Virus record (IMG/VR): IMGVR_UViG_3300045988_128739
Location: 1-64,000 of that record
Reading direction: 5' to 3' (one strand)
Length of the DNA: 64,000 nt
Origin: a virus
Part shown: positions 28,038-38,468 of the stretch, in pieces
Layout of the letters: every line of letters starts with the position of its first letter
How positions within the stretch are numbered: the first letter of the stretch is position 1
The notes under the pieces: model-generated
What the model was told of the DNA's origin: nothing
The model's input: the letters and a program-made list of their open reading frames with translations, nothing else
The model's database searches: none
Translations under genes and position numbers: made by a program

Positions 28038-28345
28038 CAATAGAACAACTAAATTATTTATTAAGAAAAGAGCTTTATGCTATAAAAAACCATAAAGACA
28101 ATATTGATAGAATCAAAAAAGAATACTTTGATTCCAATTATGGGTTAAAAGAAGGAGATAAGATCCGTATTTTACACGAAGCAGGAGATGAAATGATAGG
28201 CTTCTTGAAAAAAGTTGAAGTATGTGAAGACGGAGATCTGTACTTGACAATCCAAAAACAAAACGAAAAAGGCGACAGAGGCAGAGGAACATGGAATATG
28301 TATCTATCATCAAAATCAATTAAAATAGAAAAATTATTAGATTAA
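28034..28345 (+). CDS. hypothetical protein (103 aa)
   Basis: ORF. Confidence 0.4.
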   Translation: MTIEQLNYLLRKELYAIKNHKDNIDRIKKEYFDSNYGLKEGDKIRILHEAGDEMIGFLKKVEVCEDGDLYLTIQKQNEKGDRGRGTWNMYLSSKSIKIEKLLD

Positions 28346-28352
28346 TAACGAT

Positions 28353-28874
28353 ATGATTAGAGCAAGATTTTACATTAAAAAATCCGACTGCGGTAACGAC
28401 TACCGTCCAGTCAAATGGCCTATAAAATATCCATATTGGTGTAGTGCAGAATCCAGTAATTCATTTGTATTGGTGGCGTATGCTGAAGATGAAGACAGCA
28501 TAAAAGAACTGTGGCCGGAGGCGTATGATATTAATGTCTTAGAGAAAGATACCGAAATTAGATTCACATTAAGATTCCCTAAGCCGGAATGGTATGAATT
28601 ATATGAAGAAATGTATGACACATTTGTGTGGATTACAGACACATGTCTACAAGATGGTAAGATAAGAAAAGTAAAAGCTAAAATAGAAGATTATGATGGT
28701 ACTTTATTAGCCGACACCCCTAACCGGTTCACTCCTTATACGATAGGGCATCAAGCTTTTAAAAGTAAAGAAGAAGCTTTGAAATATGCAGAGGAACAGA
28801 GAACGGATTTAATTAAGTCTCTTAAGTTGCAAATACACGAACTTGAAAATCTAAAATTTAAATGCGATGATTGA
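28353..28874 (+). CDS. hypothetical protein (173 aa)
   Basis: ORF. It has no HuH/Y1 transposase motifs. Confidence 0.45.
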   Translation: MIRARFYIKKSDCGNDYRPVKWPIKYPYWCSAESSNSFVLVAYAEDEDSIKELWPEAYDINVLEKDTEIRFTLRFPKPEWYELYEEMYDTFVWITDTCLQDGKIRKVKAKIEDYDGTLLADTPNRFTPYTIGHQAFKSKEEALKYAEEQRTDLIKSLKLQIHELENLKFKCDD

Positions 28875-28927
28875 ATAATTTGATTATTTTACAAATAACG
28901 ATTACATTTACGATATAAATCATTCAA

Positions 28928-30012
28928 ATGAGATTAGTTGAAAGGCATATAGTTAAAGACAACCGGTTTGAGGATATTTGCTTCAAATCCGGCTTGTTAT
29001 ATAATTATGTTCTTTACAACATTCGTCAAGGAATCTTTTCAGGTAACTATTTAAAGGAATTTGATTTATCAAACAAACTTTGCAAAGAAAACCAATTCGA
29101 TTTCAGGAATTTACCTAATCATGTATCCCAACAGGTGATTAAACAGGTATTTAAAAACATAAAATCCTGGATAAAACTCAAGAAGGATTTTGAAAAGAAT
29201 CCTTCTAAATACGGAAATCATAGACCTCACCTTCCATCATACAAACAAGGTAAGAAACAAAACATGGTTGTTTTCACCAACTGCAATTGTAGGGTAAAGG
29301 GTGATAATTGTATTTATTTTGTTAAAGATATAATCAAACCTATCAAAACAAATGTAAAGAAAGACGAACTAAAACAAGTTAGAATAATCCCTCAAGCTAC
29401 ATGTTATGTAGTAGAGGTAGTTTATGAAAGAAAGGAAACTGATCTTGGTTTAAACAAAGACAATTTTCTTTCGATTGATTTAGGATTGAATAATTTATGT
29501 TCATGTATTAGTAATGTAGAAACTAATTCTTTCATTATAAACGGACGGGTTATGAAATCAGTAAATCAGTGGTACAATAAGAAGAAAGCTAAGTTGTAGA
29601 CTTTTGTAAATCTAACAATATAGGAACAATCATCATTGGATTAAACAAAGAATGGAAAAACGAGATAAATATCGGTAAAAGGAATAACCAACATTTTGTT
29701 TCTATTCCTCATTCTAAATTGATTGATAAGATTGTTTACAAAGCAAATCTTTTAGGGATAGAGGTAATTACTCATGAGGAATCTTACACATCAAAGATTG
29801 ACCATCTTGCTTTTGAACCTCTAAAGAAACAAGAATCCTATTTAGGGAAAAGAAAGAAACGTGGATTATTCCAAAGTTCCGTTGGAAAGCTAATTAATGC
29901 TGATATTAATGGAGCTATAGGAATAGCAAGAAAAGTAGTCGGTGATTCTTTCATTGGAAAGATAATCGATAGTGGATTTGTGTTTAATCCGGTTAGAATA
30001 AATATTTTGTGA
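28928..30012 (+). pseudogene. tnpB: IS605/IS1341-family TnpB (OrfB)-like gene, frameshifted and catalytically degenerate
   Basis: The N-terminal 223 aa match the TnpB N-terminal/WED region and the RuvC-I motif LSIDLGLNN. The C-terminal part continues in another frame from about 29593, with ...YKANLLGIEVITHEESYTSK and the RuvC-III motif NADINGAIGI. The RuvC-II glutamate position reads IIIGLN instead of IxxEDLN. The Cys4 zinc finger is replaced by LGKRKKRGLFQSS. About 35 aa of the linker are missing and a third frame encodes RRKLSCR. Confidence 0.6.
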
Positions 30013-30019
30013 TATAAGG

Positions 30020-30766
30020 TTGAATCTAATGAATAAAATGAATAATTTTAATAACATTAACTACGCAGCAAAAGCCAGAAGAGCTTATTTGATAAACAAT
30101 TTCGATAAGATTCTTAACAGCCTCAACACGCTTCATTCGACGGTTGAAACCATGACGTTGTTCGTAAACGACCAGGCTTATAATTACATTCTTAAGCTGA
30201 AGGAAGTGATTAAGGGTGGTCCTATGTACAAACATAATGTCAAACGATTTTTGAATGATATGGACAAAGAGATAAAGAGGTACAATGCTTCTATCTACTA
30301 CATAAATAAAGAGCGTAGTGAGGTTATAGCTGATATAACACAAGCGATGGAAGATTGCCTCATGCCATACATAGACGACCTGGCCGGCGCTATAAGGGCA
30401 GCCGTGTGGTCGAGGGGTGTGTCCGAGGAGCGGACGGAAGCGGCGGTACTGTCCCTAATCGTATCCTCCTTGGCTACGACATCAGGCAGACTTATCTCAG
30501 ATGGATATCAGATCATGAAAGAAATGGGTGGAGGCTGGGGTGGTAATCCATTTACGTTTATGAGCATTGATAAGATAAGACACTTATCTACATCATTGTC
30601 TGATGCTATTACCGGTGGAGAAATAGCTCTTGAAGAAAAAGAAGCCAATAACATAACTAAGGCAATGGATGTTTTTATTGAGAAAATGTCTGATTCGGAT
30701 ATTGTCGATAAGGTAATTAGCATACTCGAAGAATCAGAATCTAAAAATAAGGAGGAGCGATCATGA
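30020..30766 (+). CDS. hypothetical protein (248 aa)
   Basis: ORF containing a GC-rich island (30375..30475). Confidence 0.45.
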   Translation: MNLMNKMNNFNNINYAAKARRAYLINNFDKILNSLNTLHSTVETMTLFVNDQAYNYILKLKEVIKGGPMYKHNVKRFLNDMDKEIKRYNASIYYINKERSEVIADITQAMEDCLMPYIDDLAGAIRAAVWSRGVSEERTEAAVLSLIVSSLATTSGRLISDGYQIMKEMGGGWGGNPFTFMSIDKIRHLSTSLSDAITGGEIALEEKEANNITKAMDVFIEKMSDSDIVDKVISILEESESKNKEERS

Positions 30767-30954
30767 ATTATTTGGATGGGTATGTAGAAGAAGTTCTTTC
30801 TGAGCCGTACTATGATGATTATGGCTCTGGGATTTTTAGGTGGTGGGTGGAAGTATCTTACATTTGTGAAGGTACAGAATCAACTACTACATTAATGTTT
30901 GATACGAGAGAAGAAGCAGAGGCAGTAAAACCAGGTTATAAATTTTTATGTTGA
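30763..30954 (+). CDS. hypothetical protein (63 aa)
   Basis: ORF overlapping the upstream stop. Confidence 0.35.
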   Translation: MNYLDGYVEEVLSEPYYDDYGSGIFRWWVEVSYICEGTESTTTLMFDTREEAEAVKPGYKFLC

Positions 30955-30961
30955 AAATAAC

Positions 30962-31198
30962 ATGAGGTATTTTGTTTTATTGATGGCACTTGTGTTATCA
31001 TCATGTTCGCATGATGATAGTCAGGTTAATAACGGATGGGTTATATATGATTTACGTCCTTTAGATGGTGGACGTGTGATATATTATGGTGAAGACGAAA
31101 GAGTTTCAATATTTAAAAATAATAGAATTATAAAATTCGTTGGATACCAAGGGGAATACAATATCGGAGATTCTATTAAGATCGTAAAAGTGAAATAA
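30962..31198 (+). CDS. putative lipoprotein (78 aa)
   Basis: Signal peptide MRYFVLLMALVLSSC with a lipobox Cys (LSSC). Confidence 0.5.
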   Translation: MRYFVLLMALVLSSCSHDDSQVNNGWVIYDLRPLDGGRVIYYGEDERVSIFKNNRIIKFVGYQGEYNIGDSIKIVKVK

Positions 31199-31199
31199 T

Positions 31200-31688
31200 A
31201 TGGAAAAGAATTTAAAACTCGTATGTCCAAAATGTGGCACCCCTCACCAGCCTCATTCTCCGCACACGATGGATGCAGATGGATTTGAAAGGTGTGAGAT
31301 AAGAACTGTCATGGAAGACATGGGATGGTGCTACGAATGCTCTTTTTGGCAAAACTTGTACGACAAGCACAAAGACGATCCTGGATGGGTTAGGATAGAC
31401 GGTGTAAGCTGGGTGCTTAAGCCTATGGTGAAAAACGTACCGAGCGGATGGAACAGCCTTGGATGCGGTGGAAGAAAGATGTATATCAATATCGAAGGGA
31501 AAGGCATTGTTGTATCAAATAACTGCTGGTGCCAAGGTGATGTTTCGGACGCATTTAAGGATCTGATGCCTGATAATGCTACCTGGGCTACGAAGGAGGA
31601 ATTTGACAAAGCTCCTGTAGTAGGATATATCATAGAAGGTATTGGTTTAGTTTTCACAGATAGGGAAGGTCATGAAGTTAATGCTTAG
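31200..31688 (+). CDS. zinc-ribbon protein (162 aa)
   Basis: CPKCG...C...C...CYEC plus C-terminal CGG...CWC. Confidence 0.45.
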   Translation: MEKNLKLVCPKCGTPHQPHSPHTMDADGFERCEIRTVMEDMGWCYECSFWQNLYDKHKDDPGWVRIDGVSWVLKPMVKNVPSGWNSLGCGGRKMYINIEGKGIVVSNNCWCQGDVSDAFKDLMPDNATWATKEEFDKAPVVGYIIEGIGLVFTDREGHEVNA

Positions 31689-31731
31689 AGACTTAGGTAA
31701 TTATATACCTTTTTTTTTCATAACAAAAGAA

Positions 31732-31765
31732 ACCGGTTCTCTATCATCTCTGACTGAGAACCGGT
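31732..31765. terminator. hairpin at the point of convergent transcription (ACCGGTTCTC / GAGAACCGGT, 10-bp stem)
   Basis: Inverted repeat between the last + strand gene (ends 31688) and the last - strand gene (ends 31903). A T9 run lies immediately upstream. Confidence 0.4.
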
Positions 31766-31902
31766 AAGAAAACAATTTCAGAAAAAATTAAACCTACATA
31801 ACCTTTCAAGTAAGAACAAAAAAACGTACAATCTACTCTTTGACGATGCTAATATAACATATTGGAATCATACAAAAACAATGCAAGTCCGATATTCTTC
31901 GT

Positions 31903-34900
31903 CTATTTGTAACTAACATCATCGTCCCCTTCCGAATCAGGAGTAGCGCCGATGAAGAACATCATTGACTTGTTGTTCGTCTGCTGCCACCAATTATAGG
32001 CGCGCGCTACGTCTTCCGGCGTCTTGATATTATACCATTGTTTGATAAACGTCTGTTTGGCGAGTTGCCTAAATAACTTAGACTCTCCCTTGTATGTACC
32101 GGATGTTACTTTATCAAGTGAATAATTCCTAAGATCGGTAAGATCCTTCAGTTTTCGCCCCATAACAAACGGATCGTTAATGATATCTACCACGTTAAGC
32201 TCCATAATAAACGGCATCTGTGAAGCTATTTCGTTTATAGTTCTGAATCCGACATAGGATCCAAATTGAGTAAGCCAACTTTCTTCGTTTTCATCATCAT
32301 CACGCCATCCGGCAAGAAGCATAGATACGGCTTGCATGATAAGAAACGTGCCGGCATAGACACTGAGGCGTTTGAGATTGGTTTTTTCTACTTCACTCAT
32401 CTTATCTTTATTTTCGTTCCAGGCATCTATGATGTTTTTCATACCAGACTCGGAAGCCAGGCTAAATGTTTTGGCTATCATATTCTTTAACGTAATTGAC
32501 AACCCTTCCTCTTCTTGCATTGCTTGGAAATTGAAGCCACGTCTTTTCCACAGGCGTTGAGCCGCCAGCACCAACCATCCTCGGTGGGCGGTCATGAACC
32601 TGGCTATCCAGTTGCGCGATGCGGCAGTTCGGTTTTCTTCATTCAAAGATCCGTTACATATCTGCGACAAGCTACGAACTTGATTTCTGGTTATAGCCAT
32701 CTGGGTTTCAACTTCCTCAACAGTAACACCCGATCCGGGCTTTACAACCACCTTCCCATCCACGACATCTACCATACTCCATAAAGTACGATCTTTTAAT
32801 GCATTCCATTCTCTTTTTATGGTACTCTGTTCTTTATTGCGTTCTTTTTCCATCTTGAAATCTTGGAACGTGTAGAACCGACCTTTGTAATAACGAACAT
32901 TGTCCATAGTAGCAATCATAACCTGCGGATCAAGAGGGTAGTTCAGGATTTCCATAAAAGCATACATAGGTGAACGCATTAAGGTCCTGGCCACTCTATT
33001 ATATCCGGCACCATACATACGATTTCGGATATTGAATATCCCCATTCTCTCACCTATGACATATAATTTGCTTTTTCTATCTATGTCTCCGGTTTCTGCT
33101 ATACAAGATGGCGCAAGACGGGAAAACTCAGCCGATGCGTATTTAAGGGAATCTTTGCTTATATACTGTCCTACGGCTGATTCCATGATGAGGTTGATAT
33201 GACCGGTAAGGGCGCCGGTAGCTGCCACAAACGGGGACAGTGCCAAGTTCATGACCGACATAAATCTTTCAACGGCCATCATTATCCTGGTAAGGTCTAC
33301 TGTGTATCCACCGATGTTTACCGTCAGTTTTTTGGTGTTCATCCTAATGCCATAATAATGGTCATTGAAGAAGTCCCTGAACATCTGATATGCTTGGGTT
33401 GCTTCAGCTTTCTTCCCGCCTTCAAATTGCTTATTCAGCAACATCTGCTCCAGTCCTTGGGCAAGCTCTATAGATTTCTGCTTTTCGTTGTATAACGATG
33501 ACTGCATCATAAGCATCGAATAAGAGTAGCCAAAATCGTGAGATACATCATCTTGGTTTTCCAATTCATATATGTAGTATTTAGGTATAGACCTAAGTCT
33601 GTCTTCCGGATCATACACTTCTCCTTGCCTGGTTTTACCGTATAGAGAATCGTCTACTCTGTCCAGGCACAGATCTGATACAAAATTACGAACTGTATTT
33701 TTGAAGTTAATACCCAATCCTTCTATACGTTCTATATCTTGTTTTGATATCTGTGGAATAGCATACAGGTTCGGGCTCTGCTCTTTGTATAGATCAAGGG
33801 ATTGTCTTTTTATTTCCTTGAGTTTTTGAATCATATTCCACTGCTCTACGTTTTTAGTAGCAACCTCATTACCGTCAGCATCATACTTGATACCAAAGTC
33901 ATTGAAATACGATTCGTCACGATACAGGCTTTTCTTAGGCATTCGATGACCATACCCATGATCTTTTACATAATCAGGATTACGGCCGCTATTTTCGGCT
34001 TCAGATTCAGCCACCCATGCCCTTGCAGGATCGAAAGACAGGTACGATATGTCCATGCCATAATCTTGGGTGGATGTACCATTTTGTACGTCCTTAACCA
34101 TCTGCGCCACATCTATCTCACCTCGGCCAATTTTGTCGATCATAGCCGCATATCCGGTAGGCGCCATGCGTTTATAGTACGAAAAGACCTGGCTCCTGGC
34201 AAATTCATTAACAATAGCATTGGCCTCTTCTATGCCCTCCTCTCTTGTATTATTTAAAAATAAGCTGGCCATCTTAGCATTAACAGCATTCCTAAAATCT
34301 CTACCGTCTAATTCTTTGCTTATACCAAGCTTTTCTGACAGGTAGTTGGTTTCAGATACGGTAAACAGATATCGGTTATCAGCAGCCTTAAACAGCTTAT
34401 CCCTTAAAGCCTGAATCCTTTTTGCTTTCTTCGCCGTAGTATGACGTTGTACGAACTTCCATTCCACTTCCTTGGAGTCAGCAAGAGCATTTAAATAAGA
34501 CTGATTTACTTCGTTTTCAGCCTTACTGCTTTTAGTAAGGTACTTATCAATATCTTCAAGACCCACCATCTTAGCATAATCTATCAAAATAGCGTAATCG
34601 GCTTCAATAGCTTCAGATGCGGCCCTAAAAGCATCTCTTTCGGATGAGGTAAATGTCGCTTCGTTAATTTCTCCGATATCAGCCACATCGCGATTGTTTC
34701 CGATTATTTCCTTGATAATGGCCTTATTTTTTTCTATATCTTTTACAATCGAGTCCACGTCAGTCGCATCTCTATCACTTGTCGTAGAACTAATGATATC
34801 ATGCGCCATTTTGAGATACGAAGCCTTGTTATTTGATTTGGTACGTGCCGACTGTTCCGATTCTACATCATTCCAAAACCGATCATTAAATGACAGGTGA

Positions 34901-37900
34901 CCTCCCAACATAAGTGTCTTCAGCGCAGCTTCTCCTCCCGACTCGTTCTGAATCGTTCTCAATTTTTGCAAAAACGATTCTGATACGGCATTAGTAACAT
35001 TATTTGATTCCTTTCTCCAAACTTCATTTATAGCTTGTATTTCTTTGGCCATCTTAAGTTGGTCGCCGGTTTTTTCCACTCTCCTGGTTCCTACATATAT
35101 GTATTCTGAAGCTGCTTCCTTACGTTGTTTACGAAGCAGTCCTTCTTCTTCGTAATTGCTGCTTTTAAAATAGGCAACTTCATCAAAATTACCACCGCTA
35201 TCAATAAAAGGCTGCCTCAATATCCGTTTTTGCCTGGATAGAGCATTAAGGTATTCTTTGGTTGTTTGAGAAACCGGATGCCCTAATTCTTCTTCAGCCT
35301 TTTTGTATATGGATTCCATTCTTGTGGCATAACTTTCGCTAAATTCCAGTTCCGAATTTTCAGCATCCCACTTTTCCATCTGTTCCGTATAGATCTTTTC
35401 CTGCTCGATGGTAAAAATATCGGTATTAACCCTATCAGACGATGGCTTAAATTTAGCGTTTTCAGTAACCGTATTTCCATCCTTGTCAATTACTTCTCTT
35501 TTAAATACGTAATTACGGTTATTGTCAACCACATCACCAATTTCTTCTTCTGATATCTCTATGTTCATGGCAGTCGCAAACGCTCGCATCTGCGCCAGCT
35601 TCTTATTACGATCGTATTTAGCCATATCAAGAGCACTACGAAGGTAATTAGAAGTTTTGCCGTCTACTTTCTGAAGCAGTTTTTCAAATTCAGATTTGTT
35701 AAAACCATGCTTTTTAGCATATGCCAGGAAGTCGGATATGGCGGGCTGGGCATTCACCATCGCATTGTAATTGTCTTTGGCAATCATAGCTCCAAGAGCG
35801 TTATTGAACGGACTGGAAGAATGCTCTAATATACCAAACCACCTACTTATCCAAGAAACATCGTGTTGAACCTTGTCGAAAAATTCTTTTACTCTCTTTA
35901 CCTTATCTGCCGGCACATGAAGTTCGTTCATTAACTTATCAAGCAACGTACTTTCATCAAGGTCTTGTACTGATTTAATATCAGACTGAATACCATTGAT
36001 GTCGGCAATGACGGTATTGATTCTATTTGTATAATCCTGCTTTTCACGTTCATCAAATTCGGTACTTCTGTTACGGATATATCCTCGAAGATCGTTCATG
36101 ATCGGAAGAACCTGATTGTTGATAATATCTACGTTCTTTCGATCATTGGTATTGAAGTGAAGCTTACCGTCTTTGGTATCACCATGAAGGATGGTGTTCA
36201 CCACATTGCTTAAGTATCTGACCTGAGCTTCGGCTGTGGAGATCATGCTGTTCATGGCAGCCGCCATCTCATTCTTGTCTATCTCGGTCTCTACTTTATT
36301 TATCTTATCTTCTATGGTCTTAAGCTGAGCAAGGGTCATAGACGTAGTTACAGCCCTATCAGAGCTTATCTGACGTAAGTCTCTTAATGTTTTTCTTAGC
36401 GATCTGATCTTAGACTCAAGAAACTTGTTCTTGTTCATAGAAGAAAGGGAGTATAATGTAAAGTCATTATCCTTTAACAGAGAAGTGTCAAATCCTTTAT
36501 CTATGTCAGTAATGGCAAGATCACGAATGTTTTTAATAACGTTATTCAAATCTTGTCTTTGGGTTGATAAAGCTGATTTAAGCCAGCTTACTATTCCAGA
36601 GAAAAGCCGCCGGACGCGCCCCAGGAAGGAGGTGGGCTCTACCGGCGCCTGTGCTGTGCCGGTCTGCATCTCCCTGGCGAGGATCTTTCCAAGAATTTCT
36701 CTCCTAACAGCATTATCAAGCTCAGCTCCTTCATATACCTTACCGTATGTATTATAATACTGACCTGCATACTGGTTCCACTCTTCCGTACCTTCCACAT
36801 CTTGCAGAACAGCCTCAACAGCATTCTGATCTCTGTATGCCTCTACAAGGAAGTGGGCTGTTTCTTCTACTAAATCAGATAAAGTAGCATCTTCACCAAC
36901 TGCTATTACGTTATTAGCAATATCCGCCAATGCCTTAGCAGAAGGTTCGTGCCCGTATTTGGCTTGGTACTTCTCTATATAGTCGGTCATACCTATGACA
37001 CTAACGCCAAGCGTTTTCAGTATCTCGACAATAGAATTTCGTTGGTCACGTTCCTGCCTGCTATAATCTGATACGATCTTAGCTTTAGTATCAGCATAAA
37101 GATCGTTATCTTCTAATATGAATGAAACTACAAGCGCATCAAAATGATCGTACTTGGCGTCCAATTCATTGTATCTTCCTGACTTAAGATCGTTCTTTAT
37201 CTGTTCCCTACTAACCCTTTCCGTTCCTCCGGTGGCGAGTCTCATAGTTACCTTACTGTTATCCAACGAGCTTATGGTTATCATACCTTGGTCGTTCATG
37301 GAAACATCGGAACCAAAATGATTACGGAGCTCGGTGTATGATAAGGCTGAATTGAAAAGTCTAATTTGTCCTGTATAACCTTCTCCTGTAAGATAATAGC
37401 TTCTTGTTTCAGAATCGAATATCTTAGATCCTGACAAAAGACCTTTCTTTATAAGGTAGTTAATTATCCCGCCTTTTGTTGATAAAGAAGTAGAAGCAGA
37501 AGCGGTCATGACCGGTATAAAAGACTTGGGATTATTAAGAACATACTTTCCAGCTTTGTAAGTAATGTCTGCCACGCCATCCACGGTAGATTCTTGAACG
37601 GTTCCTGATAAGAATCCTATTCTAATATCATTCCCGCCAGAGCGAAGAGCTTCTCCGTAATCTTCAAATAATTGACTACGATCGTTCATGAAAAACAAAC
37701 GAGGCTCTCCAGTCTGATACGTTACACCCACAGGATTAGAATCTGTTTCTGGTAGCTCTTCTGGGCTAAATATCTTAAGACCGTCTTTTATAACCATATA
37801 ATTAACACCCTTATCCTGTACCACAGATACGGGAGTGAAGTCCGAAGATATAGCATCTTGTAAATACTGCCCGGCGTCTATTCCTGGTTCTTCCGGTACG

Positions 37901-38325
37901 GAAATACTTGATGGGATCATAGCATCCACCAACATAATATTATCACCCAGATCTTGGCTATAGAATCCGAAGCCTGATTCTTGAATCCCATAAGTTGCAT
38001 CTGATTTTGATACAAGAACAGGATTACTCATCTTAGAAGCCTTATCCAGTACCCTTTCTCTATAAGCTTCCGGAATAAGATCAATGTTGGATTTAACCTT
38101 ATTATAAGCCGGTTTGTTGATAGGCACTCTCTTTCTCCAGTCGCCAAAATCCTTTAAGAACTTATTAGAAAATACGGTTTTAAAAACAGTAGTAGCCCGT
38201 TCCCTGTTCTCCATAAGAGGAATAGATGCTATCTTATCAAACAACATAGACCTGTCCCCTGATCTGGTAGAGACAGAAACAACTTTCTTTTTATTATCTC
38301 TTTTAATAATACACGTTGATACCAT
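31903..38325 (-). CDS. giant virion-type protein (2140 aa), function unknown
   Basis: 6.4-kb uninterrupted ORF that is coiled-coil-rich. I found no DxDGD RNA-polymerase motif. A TAccTTTG -7 motif lies 24 nt upstream of its start. Confidence 0.6.
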   Translation of the reverse strand: MVSTCIIKRDNKKKVVSVSTRSGDRSMLFDKIASIPLMENRERATTVFKTVFSNKFLKDFGDWRKRVPINKPAYNKVKSNIDLIPEAYRERVLDKASKMSNPVLVSKSDATYGIQESGFGFYSQDLGDNIMLVDAMIPSSISVPEEPGIDAGQYLQDAISSDFTPVSVVQDKGVNYMVIKDGLKIFSPEELPETDSNPVGVTYQTGEPRLFFMNDRSQLFEDYGEALRSGGNDIRIGFLSGTVQESTVDGVADITYKAGKYVLNNPKSFIPVMTASASTSLSTKGGIINYLIKKGLLSGSKIFDSETRSYYLTGEGYTGQIRLFNSALSYTELRNHFGSDVSMNDQGMITISSLDNSKVTMRLATGGTERVSREQIKNDLKSGRYNELDAKYDHFDALVVSFILEDNDLYADTKAKIVSDYSRQERDQRNSIVEILKTLGVSVIGMTDYIEKYQAKYGHEPSAKALADIANNVIAVGEDATLSDLVEETAHFLVEAYRDQNAVEAVLQDVEGTEEWNQYAGQYYNTYGKVYEGAELDNAVRREILGKILAREMQTGTAQAPVEPTSFLGRVRRLFSGIVSWLKSALSTQRQDLNNVIKNIRDLAITDIDKGFDTSLLKDNDFTLYSLSSMNKNKFLESKIRSLRKTLRDLRQISSDRAVTTSMTLAQLKTIEDKINKVETEIDKNEMAAAMNSMISTAEAQVRYLSNVVNTILHGDTKDGKLHFNTNDRKNVDIINNQVLPIMNDLRGYIRNRSTEFDEREKQDYTNRINTVIADINGIQSDIKSVQDLDESTLLDKLMNELHVPADKVKRVKEFFDKVQHDVSWISRWFGILEHSSSPFNNALGAMIAKDNYNAMVNAQPAISDFLAYAKKHGFNKSEFEKLLQKVDGKTSNYLRSALDMAKYDRNKKLAQMRAFATAMNIEISEEEIGDVVDNNRNYVFKREVIDKDGNTVTENAKFKPSSDRVNTDIFTIEQEKIYTEQMEKWDAENSELEFSESYATRMESIYKKAEEELGHPVSQTTKEYLNALSRQKRILRQPFIDSGGNFDEVAYFKSSNYEEEGLLRKQRKEAASEYIYVGTRRVEKTGDQLKMAKEIQAINEVWRKESNNVTNAVSESFLQKLRTIQNESGGEAALKTLMLGGHLSFNDRFWNDVESEQSARTKSNNKASYLKMAHDIISSTTSDRDATDVDSIVKDIEKNKAIIKEIIGNNRDVADIGEINEATFTSSERDAFRAASEAIEADYAILIDYAKMVGLEDIDKYLTKSSKAENEVNQSYLNALADSKEVEWKFVQRHTTAKKAKRIQALRDKLFKAADNRYLFTVSETNYLSEKLGISKELDGRDFRNAVNAKMASLFLNNTREEGIEEANAIVNEFARSQVFSYYKRMAPTGYAAMIDKIGRGEIDVAQMVKDVQNGTSTQDYGMDISYLSFDPARAWVAESEAENSGRNPDYVKDHGYGHRMPKKSLYRDESYFNDFGIKYDADGNEVATKNVEQWNMIQKLKEIKRQSLDLYKEQSPNLYAIPQISKQDIERIEGLGINFKNTVRNFVSDLCLDRVDDSLYGKTRQGEVYDPEDRLRSIPKYYIYELENQDDVSHDFGYSYSMLMMQSSLYNEKQKSIELAQGLEQMLLNKQFEGGKKAEATQAYQMFRDFFNDHYYGIRMNTKKLTVNIGGYTVDLTRIMMAVERFMSVMNLALSPFVAATGALTGHINLIMESAVGQYISKDSLKYASAEFSRLAPSCIAETGDIDRKSKLYVIGERMGIFNIRNRMYGAGYNRVARTLMRSPMYAFMEILNYPLDPQVMIATMDNVRYYKGRFYTFQDFKMEKERNKEQSTIKREWNALKDRTLWSMVDVVDGKVVVKPGSGVTVEEVETQMAITRNQVRSLSQICNGSLNEENRTAASRNWIARFMTAHRGWLVLAAQRLWKRRGFNFQAMQEEEGLSITLKNMIAKTFSLASESGMKNIIDAWNENKDKMSEVEKTNLKRLSVYAGTFLIMQAVSMLLAGWRDDDENEESWLTQFGSYVGFRTINEIASQMPFIMELNVVDIINDPFVMGRKLKDLTDLRNYSLDKVTSGTYKGESKLFRQLAKQTFIKQWYNIKTPEDVARAYNWWQQTNNKSMMFFIGATPDSEGDDDVSYK

Positions 38326-38348
38326 GATAAAACATTTTTGTTATGAGA

Positions 38349-38356
38349 CAAAGGTA
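38349..38356 (-). promoter_or_regulatory. Bacteroidota-type -7 element TACCTTTG (on - strand)
   Basis: Reverse complement of caaaggta, 24 nt upstream of the 2140-aa gene start. Confidence 0.3.
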
Positions 38357-38376
38357 GTTAAAAATCAAGCATATCA

Positions 38377-38415
38377 TAAAAAATAAAGCCATCTGACTTC
38401 TCAGTCTGATGGCTT
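38377..38415 (-). terminator. intrinsic terminator (AAGCCATC...GATGGCTT followed by a T-run on the - strand)
   Basis: Inverted repeat with an oligo-T tail, downstream of the - strand gene ending at 38469. Confidence 0.4.
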
Positions 38416-38468
38416 AAAAATGATATGAAAAAAAAATTATAATCTGACGAAAAATCGTCAAGTTCAGC

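Noticed and set aside
29590-29640. Stop-codon reassignment (TAG or TGA recoding, as in some crAss-like phages) as the explanation for the split TnpB.
   Set aside because: Reading through the TAG in frame hits TAG and TAA again within 15 codons. The C-terminal homology is in a different frame, so a frameshift rather than recoding is the cause.
32266-32784. Short + strand ORFs inside the giant - strand genes, such as 32266..32490, 33199..33495, 45683..46078, 53117..53512 and 54864..55427.
   Set aside because: They are antisense to long uninterrupted ORFs, have odd composition and no signals of their own. They are typical shadow ORFs.
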